A stretch of DNA of 55,987 nt from a virus (lineage: Duplodnaviria > Caudoviricetes). Shown piece by piece: positions 1 through 8,175 of this stretch. Under the pieces are notes generated by a model that saw only the letters and a list, made by a program, of their open reading frames with translations, made no database searches and was not told the origin of the DNA. How positions within the stretch are numbered: the stretch's first letter is position 1; every line of letters starts with the position of its first letter. The position numbers and the translations under genes are program-made. The DNA lies in the IMG/VR virus record IMGVR_UViG_3300044675_001342, positions 1 through 55,987 of that record. One strand, given 5' to 3'.

Positions 1-273
1 GGTGTCAATTCCTCTGACACGTACAACGGCTGGCCAAACTACGAAACATGGCTGGTTGTGCTTTGGCTGGACAATGACTTGCGCACATACAACCACTGGC
101 GTGCAGAGGCCAGCAAACTATCCGAATGGGAGTTAGCGCGTGTGCTGGAGACATCACACAAGGATACAAGCTACGACCTAACCGGAGCCGTGGGGATGTG
201 GAATGACCTAGTAGGCGCAGCCCTCAGTCGGGTGGACTGGCAGGCCATAGCCAGACACCTGAAAGCAGAATAG
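1..273 (+). CDS. Conserved phage hypothetical protein, 5'-truncated by the window edge
   Basis: Frame open from base 1 (TYNGWPNYETWLVVLWLDND), a motif I recognise from small early phage proteins; stop at 271-273. Confidence 0.65.
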   Translation, partial: GVNSSDTYNGWPNYETWLVVLWLDNDLRTYNHWRAEASKLSEWELARVLETSHKDTSYDLTGAVGMWNDLVGAALSRVDWQAIARHLKAE

Positions 274-275
274 TT

Positions 276-291
276 TGTCTAATGCTTGACA
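276..291. promoter_or_regulatory. Putative operator, TGTC-N8-GACA copy 1
   Basis: TGTCTAATGCTTGACA; overlaps the -35 of the early promoter; related copies at 12095-12110 and 55702-55717. Confidence 0.55.
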
Positions 292-315
292 TATCTCGGG
301 AAACTGAGATATAGT
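286..315 (+). promoter_or_regulatory. Sigma70-type early promoter
   Basis: TTGACA (286-291), 18-nt spacer, TATAGT (310-315), upstream of RBS GGAGAAG and ATG 345. Confidence 0.7.
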
Positions 316-344
316 CAAGTCACATCTTTTTATAGGAGAAGTAA

Positions 345-908
345 ATGCCTGATATACAGAGCGAACTGAGCAAAGTCTTAGACGAATGGGACAAACCCAT
401 AGAAGAAAACAATCAACCGGAGAAACAAATGGAAGCAACACCCTTGTTCAGAACAACCAACAACGTGACCCGTGCCACGTTCAACCTAGTCAGGGACAAC
501 GCGGGCATCATGCGCAGGGGTGCAGTGGCCAAGCTGGAAACCTTGGGGTACAAACCAACGTCAACGACAAGCCTTCTAACGCAGATGATGCGCCAGCGTT
601 TGATACGTGTAGAGGCCGATGGTGGGATGCACGCCAACTTCCCCGAGTACACACCACTTAAAGCCAAGCTGCGCAGGGTAATGGCGGACAAGAAACCTGC
701 AAAGGTGAAGGAGGTAAAGCGGACGTACAGCAAGCGCAGCGTTGAGTCCAAAGAAGGCATTGCCGCGTTGCAGCCGCAGGCTACCCCAGCACCCACGCCA
801 AGGACAGCCATCATCACGACCAACTTTAGCGCTGATGCCATCATCAAGAACCTGACCATCTATCAGGCCAAAGAACTGCGCGATGCCCTCAACAACTTGT
901 TCAAATAA
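345..908 (+). CDS. Hypothetical early protein, possibly DNA-binding
   Basis: 187-aa ORF with strong RBS (AGGAGAAGTAAATG); basic central region. Confidence 0.75.
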   Translation: MPDIQSELSKVLDEWDKPIEENNQPEKQMEATPLFRTTNNVTRATFNLVRDNAGIMRRGAVAKLETLGYKPTSTTSLLTQMMRQRLIRVEADGGMHANFPEYTPLKAKLRRVMADKKPAKVKEVKRTYSKRSVESKEGIAALQPQATPAPTPRTAIITTNFSADAIIKNLTIYQAKELRDALNNLFK

Positions 909-912
909 CACC

Positions 913-1107
913 ATGCACAAACTACTAGCACTACTACGCGAACCATTCCGCAAGCCCAGCCCCTTGGAAGTCATCGCCACCGAGTTGGCAGAAGCCCACT
1001 TGGCTAAGCTAGAAGCAGAGACTGCGGTGGAGTACACCCAGTCAATCGTGGACTACAACGTGACCCGCATTGAGCGTTTGAACAAGCGCATGGAGGAGTA
1101 CAAATGA
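913..1107 (+). CDS. Hypothetical protein
   Basis: ATG 913 (MHKLLALL...) just after the upstream stop; ATGA-coupled to the next gene. Confidence 0.7.
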   Translation: MHKLLALLREPFRKPSPLEVIATELAEAHLAKLEAETAVEYTQSIVDYNVTRIERLNKRMEEYK

Positions 1108-1319
1108 GACACCTGCGTGTACACGGCACTGCTGAGAAGTGGAGCGCTAAGTTGGTAGAGGACTACGACATTGACGAGAAGCACCACAAACAAGCAATTT
1201 GCGAATTGATACACGACCTAAAAGAACTGGCGGTGGTACGCAACTATTACATTGACCGCGATACCCTGCTGGAGTTATACGACAAACACATGAGTTACCA
1301 ACAAGGAGAACTGAAATGA
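1104..1319 (+). CDS. Hypothetical protein
   Basis: 71 aa; RBS GGAGGAG; ATGA overlaps at both ends. Confidence 0.7.
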   Translation: MRHLRVHGTAEKWSAKLVEDYDIDEKHHKQAICELIHDLKELAVVRNYYIDRDTLLELYDKHMSYQQGELK

Positions 1320-1531
1320 AAGACGAGATTGCAGGTACGATTTACGCCAAAGACTACACCGACTGGATGGTAAAGACCGGCGGCTTTGCAAGGGACATGA
1401 CCTTGCGTGACCACTTTGCTGCGCTTGCTATGCAAGAAATTTATCAACGTGTAGAAACAGGTGGCTTTGAACGTGTAGCAAAACTGTCTTACGAATTGGC
1501 AGACGCAATGCTCAAGGAGCGCAACAAATGA
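1316..1531 (+). CDS. Conserved phage hypothetical protein (MTLRDxFAxxAMQ family)
   Basis: Motifs MTLRDHFAALAMQ and YELADAMLKER, common in small early phage proteins. Confidence 0.75.
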   Translation: MKDEIAGTIYAKDYTDWMVKTGGFARDMTLRDHFAALAMQEIYQRVETGGFERVAKLSYELADAMLKERNK

Positions 1532-2718
1532 AACAAGTAATCCAAGACGAGGGCGCACGCCCTATCAAAATCTGGACGGACGATGTGGAAGCATCGGCCC
1601 TAACCCAGCTAAAGAACCTTGCACGCCTGCCGTTTATCAACAGCAATGGGGTGGCCTGCATGCCGGACGTACACGCGGGTATTGGCTCCACTGTGGGCAC
1701 TGTAATCGCCACGGAGAGGGCAGTCATCCCCGCCGCTGTGGGTGTTGATATTGGGTGCGGCATGAACGCGGTGCGCCTGTCCCTCAAGGCCAGTGATTTG
1801 CCTGACAACTTGAAGCCTTTGCGCGACGAGATTGAGCGGCGCGTACCGCTGGGTGTAGGTGGGGCGCACGATGACAGCACGGACATCGGGGAGGTTACTT
1901 CCATGCTGGACAAGACAGTTATTGAGCCGCTGTACAACGGCGACTACGACAAGTTCCACGCCAAGGCGGCAAGTCAGATGGGCTCACTAGGCTCGGGCAA
2001 CCACTTCATTGAGGTGTGCATCGACGAGAACCAAGACGTATGGGTGATGCTGCACTCGGGCTCACGCGGTATCGGCAACATGATTGGTACGCACTACATC
2101 GCCAAGGCCAAGCGCCAGATGGAGCAGTTCTTTATCACGCTGCCGGACGACAACCTTGCGTACTTCCCTGAGAACACCGAGGACTTTGATGACTACATGT
2201 ATGCCGTGGGTTGGGCGCAGAACTATGCGTTTGAAAACCGCCGCCGCATGATGTCTGAAGTGCTGGAGGCCATGAAGCTGCGCATCGACAAACCGTTCAC
2301 CATCACACAGGAAGCAATCAACTGCCACCACAACTATGTCGAAAGAGAAAATCACTTTGGAAGAAATATGTGGGTTACTCGGAAGGGTGCCATCCGCGCA
2401 CGCGATGGTGATCTTGGCATCATCCCCGGAAGTATGGGTCAGCGCAGCTACATCGTCCGAGGCAAGGGAGATCTTCAATCTTACTGCTCTTGCTCACATG
2501 GCGCAGGTCGCAGCATGTCGCGTGCCGAAGCGAAGAGAAGGTTTAGCCTCAGTGATCTGGTGGCACAAACAGAAGGCGTCGAGTGCCGCAAAGATGCAGG
2601 AGTCATCGACGAAATCCCAGCCAGCTACAAAGACATCGACCAAGTGATGGCAAACCAAACCGACCTTGTTGAAGTCGTCCACCAACTAAAGCAGGTACTC
2701 TGCGTGAAAGGAAACTAA
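1528..2718 (+). CDS. rtcB: RtcB family RNA ligase
   Basis: MPDVHAG, AVGVDIGCG, GSLGSGNHFIE, LHSGSRG, HHNY, IPGSMG, SCSHGAGR and DEIPxxYK motifs all present. Confidence 0.97.
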   Translation: MKQVIQDEGARPIKIWTDDVEASALTQLKNLARLPFINSNGVACMPDVHAGIGSTVGTVIATERAVIPAAVGVDIGCGMNAVRLSLKASDLPDNLKPLRDEIERRVPLGVGGAHDDSTDIGEVTSMLDKTVIEPLYNGDYDKFHAKAASQMGSLGSGNHFIEVCIDENQDVWVMLHSGSRGIGNMIGTHYIAKAKRQMEQFFITLPDDNLAYFPENTEDFDDYMYAVGWAQNYAFENRRRMMSEVLEAMKLRIDKPFTITQEAINCHHNYVERENHFGRNMWVTRKGAIRARDGDLGIIPGSMGQRSYIVRGKGDLQSYCSCSHGAGRSMSRAEAKRRFSLSDLVAQTEGVECRKDAGVIDEIPASYKDIDQVMANQTDLVEVVHQLKQVLCVKGN

Positions 2719-2937
2719 ATGACTTGCTGTGACTATGGTAAATGCACCAATGGCCCAGACTGCCCCGTGCGTAAACAACGCATCAAAGAGGTGAACGATG
2801 CGTATGCCAACGGCTACAACGATGCACAGTTGGGTGACCCACTGGACGACTTGGTAGACACGTTTAAAGCCTTGCTAACAATCGTGACTGCGGTGCTAGG
2901 TGTATGGGTCGCATTTTTACTTATTTGGAGAATCTGA
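2719..2937 (+). CDS. Hypothetical membrane protein with Cys-rich N-terminus
   Basis: CCxxxxCxxxxxCP motif followed by a C-terminal hydrophobic helix. Confidence 0.7.
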   Translation: MTCCDYGKCTNGPDCPVRKQRIKEVNDAYANGYNDAQLGDPLDDLVDTFKALLTIVTAVLGVWVAFLLIWRI

Positions 2938-2978
2938 TGAACAAACGAATTAAAGAACATTTTGGAGTTGAAGAATGA
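2937..2978 (+). pseudogene. 13-codon micro-ORF (MNKRIKEHFGVEE), probable deletion remnant
   Basis: TGATG-coupled to the upstream stop and ATGA-coupled to the next start; GGAG upstream. Confidence 0.5.
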
Positions 2979-3205
2979 AAACAGTATGGGTAATTTGTGC
3001 CACGGTGGACTTGGGCTATCACATGGTCAAGGGCTACGATTCGTATGACAAAGCAAAGGCTGAGTTTGACCGGATGTATGCCGAAGCCGTTGATGAGCAA
3101 GTGAAAAACTTGATGAAAAATTGCAACTACACAAAAGAGCAAGGCGAGGATTGGTGTGCAAGTGTTTCTTTCTATGAATTGGAAAGTGTGGAGGTTGAAG
3201 AATGA
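2975..3205 (+). CDS. Hypothetical protein
   Basis: 76 aa; flanked by a 13-nt direct repeat GTTGAAGAATGAA (2967-2979, 3194-3206). Confidence 0.7.
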   Translation: MKTVWVICATVDLGYHMVKGYDSYDKAKAEFDRMYAEAVDEQVKNLMKNCNYTKEQGEDWCASVSFYELESVEVEE

Positions 3206-3423
3206 ACATCATTGAACTAGCAGAGCAAGCTGGGTTTGAAAGAATTAAACATACAAATGAAGATTGGGTTTGTTTCTCGGAAGAAATAGAAGCCTTTGCC
3301 GCATTGGTAGAAGCACATGAGCGTGAAGCAGCAATAACTGCAATACAAAACATCGAGCGCAAGGGCGGCTGGATAACACGCGAAGATGCAATTGAAGCCA
3401 TCACAGCAAGGGGAACAACATGA
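3202..3423 (+). CDS. Conserved phage hypothetical protein
   Basis: MNIIELAEQAG...FAALVEAHERE...AITARG pattern; ATGA coupling. Confidence 0.7.
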   Translation: MNIIELAEQAGFERIKHTNEDWVCFSEEIEAFAALVEAHEREAAITAIQNIERKGGWITREDAIEAITARGTT

Positions 3424-4376
3424 CAGGCTTTAACAGCAAAAGAAAAGCGGCGCAGGACAAGCTAGAGCAATGGGACAACGAAGCGTTCAATGCGTGGTGG
3501 GACAGTGACTACGATGACAGCGCTAACCCATACGAAATAAACACCTTTGCTTATTGGGCATGGGCAGGATGGCAAGCAGCATTGGCACAAGCAGACATGA
3601 CAGGCTTTGACAGCAAAACAAAAGCGGCGCAAGGCGAGCTGGCGCAGCGCGTCACAGCACAACAACAACAACAGGACGGGATGCGCGGGCCACGGCCCAC
3701 GAGCAGCGGTGAGCAGACGGCACAGCCAGCGCAGGAGCCTTATGGTTATGTGTCTATCGGAGACCACCCGGTTTTTCAGAAAGAAACGCCGGAAATTGGG
3801 CGTTGGGAAACTGTCTACACCACCCCACCCGCAGCACAGCCAGCGCCTGTGCAGGAGCCTGAGTATTGGAATGTGATTGACCCCGCAGGTAATGTTGTTG
3901 CGTCCGAGACAGATGCGATTCGTGGATGGGCACGTATTGCAGGAAGTTACAAACCAACAGTTGAGGGTTTACTTGGGTTTCATGAGCAAGGATGGCGTGT
4001 TTTGCCAAAGGCGAACCCACCCCTGCCAGCACAGCGCACAGAGCCAGCGCAGGAGCCTGTATGTCCCAAATGCAAAGCAGGGGTGTTATATGAATGCGTG
4101 GCTTGTAGTAGCAACAACTACCCACCACAGGGAGCGCAGGAGCCTGTGGCGTGGATGCGCCCGAGCGAAGAAGGGTACGACTCAGCATTTCGTGACCACA
4201 GCACCGTGATGGTTTGCACAGGCAACCCGTGGACTGGTTGGATACCCCTCTACACCGCCTCACCACAGCGCCCGTGGGTAGACCTGACGGATGATGAACT
4301 GGCTGAATGCTGGACAACAAGCGCAACACAAACGTGGAAAAACTTTGAAGCCAAACTCAAGGAGAAGAACACATGA
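3420..4376 (+). CDS. Mosaic hypothetical protein of short modules joined by AQPAQEP linkers
   Basis: Duplicated MTGFxSKxKAAQ, four (P/A/V)QEP linkers, a CxxC...CxxC module, and a C-terminal PQRPWVxLTDDE...EAKLKEKN module. Confidence 0.75.
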   Translation: MTGFNSKRKAAQDKLEQWDNEAFNAWWDSDYDDSANPYEINTFAYWAWAGWQAALAQADMTGFDSKTKAAQGELAQRVTAQQQQQDGMRGPRPTSSGEQTAQPAQEPYGYVSIGDHPVFQKETPEIGRWETVYTTPPAAQPAPVQEPEYWNVIDPAGNVVASETDAIRGWARIAGSYKPTVEGLLGFHEQGWRVLPKANPPLPAQRTEPAQEPVCPKCKAGVLYECVACSSNNYPPQGAQEPVAWMRPSEEGYDSAFRDHSTVMVCTGNPWTGWIPLYTASPQRPWVDLTDDELAECWTTSATQTWKNFEAKLKEKNT

Positions 4377-4541
4377 CACAAGAGACTAAGAGCGTAACTT
4401 ATAAAGAAGTTGCGGACACAATGAACGCTTTGAGAAAAGGTAATTTCAGTCAGAAGGCCGCTGCCGAAGAAGTAGGGAAACTAAAACTCTACACCGCCCC
4501 ACCACAGCGCCCGTGGGTAGGGCTGACGGATGATGAGCTGG
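4248..4541 (+). repeat. 55-nt direct repeat shared by adjacent genes
   Basis: 4248-4302 vs 4487-4541, 51/55 identical, encoding LYTA(S/P)PQRPWV(D/G)LTDDEL. Confidence 0.85.
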
Positions 4542-4636
4542 ATAATTTTCTTAAGGCGTCATGGGATCGGGGAGTGACTCCAGAACATTTTATTCAAGCC
4601 ATCGAAGCCAAACTCAAGGAGAAAAACAATGGTTGA
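4373..4636 (+). CDS. Hypothetical protein with RPWVGLTDDE/EAKLKEKN module
   Basis: Shares its C-terminal module with 3420-4376 and 5037-5252. Confidence 0.75.
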   Translation: MTQETKSVTYKEVADTMNALRKGNFSQKAAAEEVGKLKLYTAPPQRPWVGLTDDELDNFLKASWDRGVTPEHFIQAIEAKLKEKNNG

Positions 4637-4847
4637 AGTTGGCGATCTTGTTTACATCCACGAGTCATACGGGCCATTGCCTAAAGACTTGTTTGCAATT
4701 GTCACGCGTGTAGCACACCGCTTACCTGCACTGGACGACAGATACCCACCCGTAACCGTGGAGCTATGGGTATTCAATGAGAAGCCAAAAATTAGTAGCT
4801 GGTATGAACCTAAACACTTAACAATTCTGGAGAAAAAATATGCATGA
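4629..4847 (+). CDS. Hypothetical protein
   Basis: 72 aa; RBS AAGGAG inside the upstream KLKEK codons. Confidence 0.65.
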   Translation: MVEVGDLVYIHESYGPLPKDLFAIVTRVAHRLPALDDRYPPVTVELWVFNEKPKISSWYEPKHLTILEKKYA

Positions 4848-5040
4848 TGATGATGATGATGACACACAGGTGTACAAAGACCACGACAATTTACTGACCA
4901 TCACATACAAATCGGGGTACTACGATGGCAAGAAGGCAGCACTAGCTGGGCAGGAGCGCAACTTTTGCGAACGCTGCGGTAAGCGCACACCTGACCTGAC
5001 AACGATACACACTTGCACACCACCACAGGAGAAAACATGA
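4840..5040 (+). CDS. Hypothetical protein (CERCG...HTCTP motif)
   Basis: 66 aa; RBS GGAG; possible Zn-binding tail. Confidence 0.65.
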   Translation: MHDDDDDDTQVYKDHDNLLTITYKSGYYDGKKAALAGQERNFCERCGKRTPDLTTIHTCTPPQEKT

Positions 5041-5252
5041 CTATCGCATGGTACGACCCCACCAACCATCACGTTAGCACGGACAAGAACGACCCACGGT
5101 TCACGCCGCTTGGTCAGTTGTGGCCTTTGGATGTTCCCCGCGAGTGGGTAGGCCTGACAGACGAGCAACGGCGTGTGTGCGTAAACACCCCATTCGTTGC
5201 AGATCAATGGGCATATATTGAAGCTAAGCTGAAGGAACTCAACAGTGCGTAA
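5037..5252 (+). CDS. Hypothetical protein with WVGLTDE/EAKLKE module
   Basis: ATG 5037 after AGGAG; third copy of the shared module. Confidence 0.7.
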   Translation: MTIAWYDPTNHHVSTDKNDPRFTPLGQLWPLDVPREWVGLTDEQRRVCVNTPFVADQWAYIEAKLKELNSA

Positions 5253-5589
5253 GTCCAATCACCACGCCGTAAGGATGCTGCTACAAAAGTATCCTGACGG
5301 GCTGACTGCCGCTGAGATAGCCGAGCGGTCAGAAAAAAGTAACACTTCTAGTAGGCGTGCGCTGATCGGAATGCCCGATGCGTACATAGACAGATGGATA
5401 GCTTACAGAAAGCAATGGGTTGCTGTATGGTGTGTTATTGTCCCGCCCGAAAACTGCCCTAAACCAAGTGAGAAACCAAATGAACCAACCAAAAGACCTA
5501 CCAAACTTTGCAGCGTGGAACCAAGAGACCTTGGCCAAGTTCTGCACGGACGCGTATCTGCGCATGCAAGCACAGCAAGAGGAAATTGA
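5245..5589 (+). CDS. Hypothetical protein, possible HTH N-terminus
   Basis: GTG start; PDGLTAAEIAER motif; 3' end overlaps the next ORF. Confidence 0.6.
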   Translation: MRKSNHHAVRMLLQKYPDGLTAAEIAERSEKSNTSSRRALIGMPDAYIDRWIAYRKQWVAVWCVIVPPENCPKPSEKPNEPTKRPTKLCSVEPRDLGQVLHGRVSAHASTARGN

Positions 5590-5659
5590 GCACCTCAGAC
5601 TGGACGCCAAGGCAGCACTGGAAGCAGCGCGTAGGGCGATGGTGGAAGGGAGTAAATAG
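5480..5659 (+). CDS. Hypothetical coiled-coil protein
   Basis: ATG 5480 (MNQPKDLPNFAAW); ends just before the VRR-NUC start. Confidence 0.6.
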   Translation: MNQPKDLPNFAAWNQETLAKFCTDAYLRMQAQQEEIEHLRLDAKAALEAARRAMVEGSK

Positions 5660-5660
5660 T

Positions 5661-5948
5661 ATGGCAACGCCTGAGTCAAAGGTCAAAGCGAGAGTCAAGA
5701 AAAAGCTGGTTGAACTTGGCTTTTATTACTTCATGCCACCGGCCAACGGCTTCGGGCGTGCAGGGATACCGGACGTAGTGGGATGCAGAACGGATGGCCG
5801 GTTCTTTGGTATCGAGTGCAAAGCAGGCAAGGGTAAGACCACCGCGCTGCAAGACCGGGAGCTTTACCGGATACAGCAAGCCGGGGGCATAGCCCTCGTG
5901 ATTAACGAAGACAACTTAGACAAACTCAAGGAGTTATTAAATGAATGA
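5661..5948 (+). CDS. VRR-NUC domain nuclease (resolvase-like)
   Basis: MATPESKVK...GIPDVVG...FFGIECKA...TALQ...GGIALVI, the PD-(D/E)xK VRR-NUC signature. Confidence 0.9.
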   Translation: MATPESKVKARVKKKLVELGFYYFMPPANGFGRAGIPDVVGCRTDGRFFGIECKAGKGKTTALQDRELYRIQQAGGIALVINEDNLDKLKELLNE

Positions 5949-6228
5949 TGAACCAATAACCGAAGAAAAATTTAAAGAAATAATTGATTCGCTGGACAAA
6001 GAAGAGCGTGATTATTTCCGCGAATGTGTTGAAGAAATGGTGCGCTGCTTTATGCCGAACACTGAAACACTGGGCGTGTTTGTTACCGCTACGCGCACTG
6101 GGTATGGCGCAAAAGTCTACGCAATGAACGCTGGCTCGACCGAGATAAAAATCATGTTGGAGTCTGTGCTGTTCAGTAAATTTGAAGACGAAGCCGCAAT
6201 GAAAGTACCCAAGGAGAAATTGAATTGA
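5941..6228 (+). CDS. Hypothetical protein
   Basis: 95 aa; AAGGAG RBS; coupled to the polymerase start. Confidence 0.7.
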   Translation: MNDEPITEEKFKEIIDSLDKEERDYFRECVEEMVRCFMPNTETLGVFVTATRTGYGAKVYAMNAGSTEIKIMLESVLFSKFEDEAAMKVPKEKLN

Positions 6229-7538
6229 GCGCTCCCTACGACCGCATACTGACCATTGACTTTGAAACGTACTGGGACAGCAAAAGCTACACGCTGTCCA
6301 AGATGACAACTGAGGAGTACATACGTGACGACAAGTTCTTGGCTTTCGGAGCCTGCATACACGAGTTTGGGGATGACAGACCCACACAGTGGTATCGAGG
6401 AGGTGACGAGCTTCATAGAGTCCTATCAACATACGACTGGGGACGAACCGCAGTCTTGGCACATAACGCCCAATTCGATGTCTCCATACTCTCTTGGCGG
6501 TATAACGTCAGACCCGCGTTTATCTTTGACACGCTGTCAATGGGGCGGGCTCTTCGAGGAGTTGAGGTTGGCAACTCTCTCGCCAAACTGGCCTCCGATT
6601 ATTCCCTCCCCCCAAAGGGTACTGCTGTTTACTCCACTGACGGACTCAAAGCAATATCACAGGAAGTTGAGAAAGAACTGGCCGACTATTGCGCGCATGA
6701 CGTATATCTGTGTGAAGAAATCTTCAAGCGCCTCGTTGCGGGCTACCCTGCTTCGGAACTACGCCTCATCGACATGACGCTAAAGATGTACACGCAACCT
6801 GTCTTGCAGTTGGACAAGCTCATGCTGGTCAATGCGTTGGAAGAAGAAAAGGAAAAGCGCGAAGAGCTACTGACTAGGCTGGGTGTGACTGATGCTGCGT
6901 TGGCAAGCAATGGGCAGTTTGCAGAACTGTTGCGCACCCTTGGCGTGGAGCCGCCGACCAAGAAGAAAAAGCCCACGGCAAAAACCCCTCACCCCAAGGG
7001 TGTCAACTTTGCATTCGCCAAGACGGACGCCATGTTCCAAGCCATGCTCAACGGGAGCAACGAGGATGTGGCACTGCTGTGCGAAGCTAGGCTCAAGGTC
7101 AAGTCCACCACCGAGCGCACACGGGCGCAGCGATTCTTGGAGATTTCCCAGCGCGGCCCGTTGCCTGTGCCGCTTAGTTATTACGGAGCCTTGTCGGGGC
7201 GGTGGACGGCTTGTTTAGTTGCAGATACAGAGGTTATTGTGTATGATCGGCACAACGGCCAGTGCGTTAAACGTATCGTTGATGTACTGCCAGACGACCT
7301 TGTGTGGGACGGTATTGAGTTTGTTCAGCACGAGGGTGTTCAGTTCAGTGGGTATAAAGAAGTAATGACTTATGACGGAATCACCGGCACTCCAGACCAC
7401 AAGGTTTTTATCGACGACAACACAACCGTCAGCCTTCTCGATGCGCAGCAGAGAGGCCAGAGCATCATGGATGCAGCAGAACCCGACAGTGGGGCTGTGG
7501 CGGCTGCTAGGGCACGACTTAAAAGGCTCCGATGGTAA
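6225..7538 (+). CDS. polA: Family A DNA polymerase, N-terminal part (3'-5' exonuclease + thumb) fused to split-intein IntN
   Basis: TTG start; ExoI TIDFET, ExoII AHNAQFD, ExoIII YCAHD; ends in SGRWTA followed by intein block A CLVADTEV. Confidence 0.92.
   Translation: MSAPYDRILTIDFETYWDSKSYTLSKMTTEEYIRDDKFLAFGACIHEFGDDRPTQWYRGGDELHRVLSTYDWGRTAVLAHNAQFDVSILSWRYNVRPAFIFDTLSMGRALRGVEVGNSLAKLASDYSLPPKGTAVYSTDGLKAISQEVEKELADYCAHDVYLCEEIFKRLVAGYPASELRLIDMTLKMYTQPVLQLDKLMLVNALEEEKEKREELLTRLGVTDAALASNGQFAELLRTLGVEPPTKKKKPTAKTPHPKGVNFAFAKTDAMFQAMLNGSNEDVALLCEARLKVKSTTERTRAQRFLEISQRGPLPVPLSYYGALSGRWTACLVADTEVIVYDRHNGQCVKRIVDVLPDDLVWDGIEFVQHEGVQFSGYKEVMTYDGITGTPDHKVFIDDNTTVSLLDAQQRGQSIMDAAEPDSGAVAAARARLKRLRW
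7212..7535 (+). mobile_element. Split intein N-fragment (108 aa)
   Basis: Cys1 (TGT 7212), block A CLVADTEV, block B GTPDHKVF (TxxH); stop codon without a C-terminal HN. Confidence 0.9.
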
Positions 7539-8175
7539 GTGGCGCGTAGCATGTGTCTGCCGCTGCGGCAGGTATGCGGAACCGCGTTACAAGGACTTAC
7601 GGGCAGGCGGGTCAAGAGGGTGTATGTCGTGCGTAACTAGCGACCGTATGCGTATAGAGATTGCGCAGGCACCGGACAAGTACCCTCAGACAAAGCGCCG
7701 CAACCCACCGCGAGTACGGGTGCAGGTTACCCCCTACAAAGACCATGAGCTACGTGTCGTCCGCATCTTGCAGGGGGCAAAAGCTCGTTGTACAAACAAG
7801 CTCGAACCCGCATACAAAAATTACGGCGGAAGGGGCATCAAGTTTTGTTTTGCATCGGTGCGTGAAGGAGTCTTGTGGGTCATGGAAAACTTGGGCGCTA
7901 GGCCAACGGACGCACACAGCATAGACCGTATCGACAACGAGCGCGGCTATGAGCCGGGGAACCTACGCTGGGCCACTCGTGCTGAACAGGCACGCAACAA
8001 GCGCAGCTACACCGGGCACGTTTACGGGAAGCGCCTCAAGCGGCTATTGGCACTACGTCAAGACTACACATATGAAGGGTTGCGTAAATACGTGATAGCA
8101 GGCTTCAAGGACGAAGAGATCATAAACATGCCAAAGCCCAAGGGCGGCAGACCAAAAAAGGAGAAGAAATGTTAG
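7471..8175 (+). CDS. Free-standing HNH homing endonuclease between the two polymerase halves
   Basis: CxCxCG and SxGC Zn-like motifs, YGGRGI, HSIDRIDNERGYEPGNLRWATRAEQARN; +1 frame relative to pol; start could be 7372 or 7471. Confidence 0.9.
   Translation: MQQNPTVGLWRLLGHDLKGSDGKWRVACVCRCGRYAEPRYKDLRAGGSRGCMSCVTSDRMRIEIAQAPDKYPQTKRRNPPRVRVQVTPYKDHELRVVRILQGAKARCTNKLEPAYKNYGGRGIKFCFASVREGVLWVMENLGARPTDAHSIDRIDNERGYEPGNLRWATRAEQARNKRSYTGHVYGKRLKRLLALRQDYTYEGLRKYVIAGFKDEEIINMPKPKGGRPKKEKKC

Noticed and set aside
2-20. GTGTCA-N7-TGACAC inverted repeat resembling the operator
   Set aside because: Spacing is one base longer than the three TGTC-N8-GACA copies, it lacks the TGTCTAA half-site and it lies inside a coding frame.
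4843-4863. (GAT)n run as a possible phase-variable repeat
   Set aside because: Short in-frame trinucleotide run encoding poly-Asp; length changes would not shift the frame.
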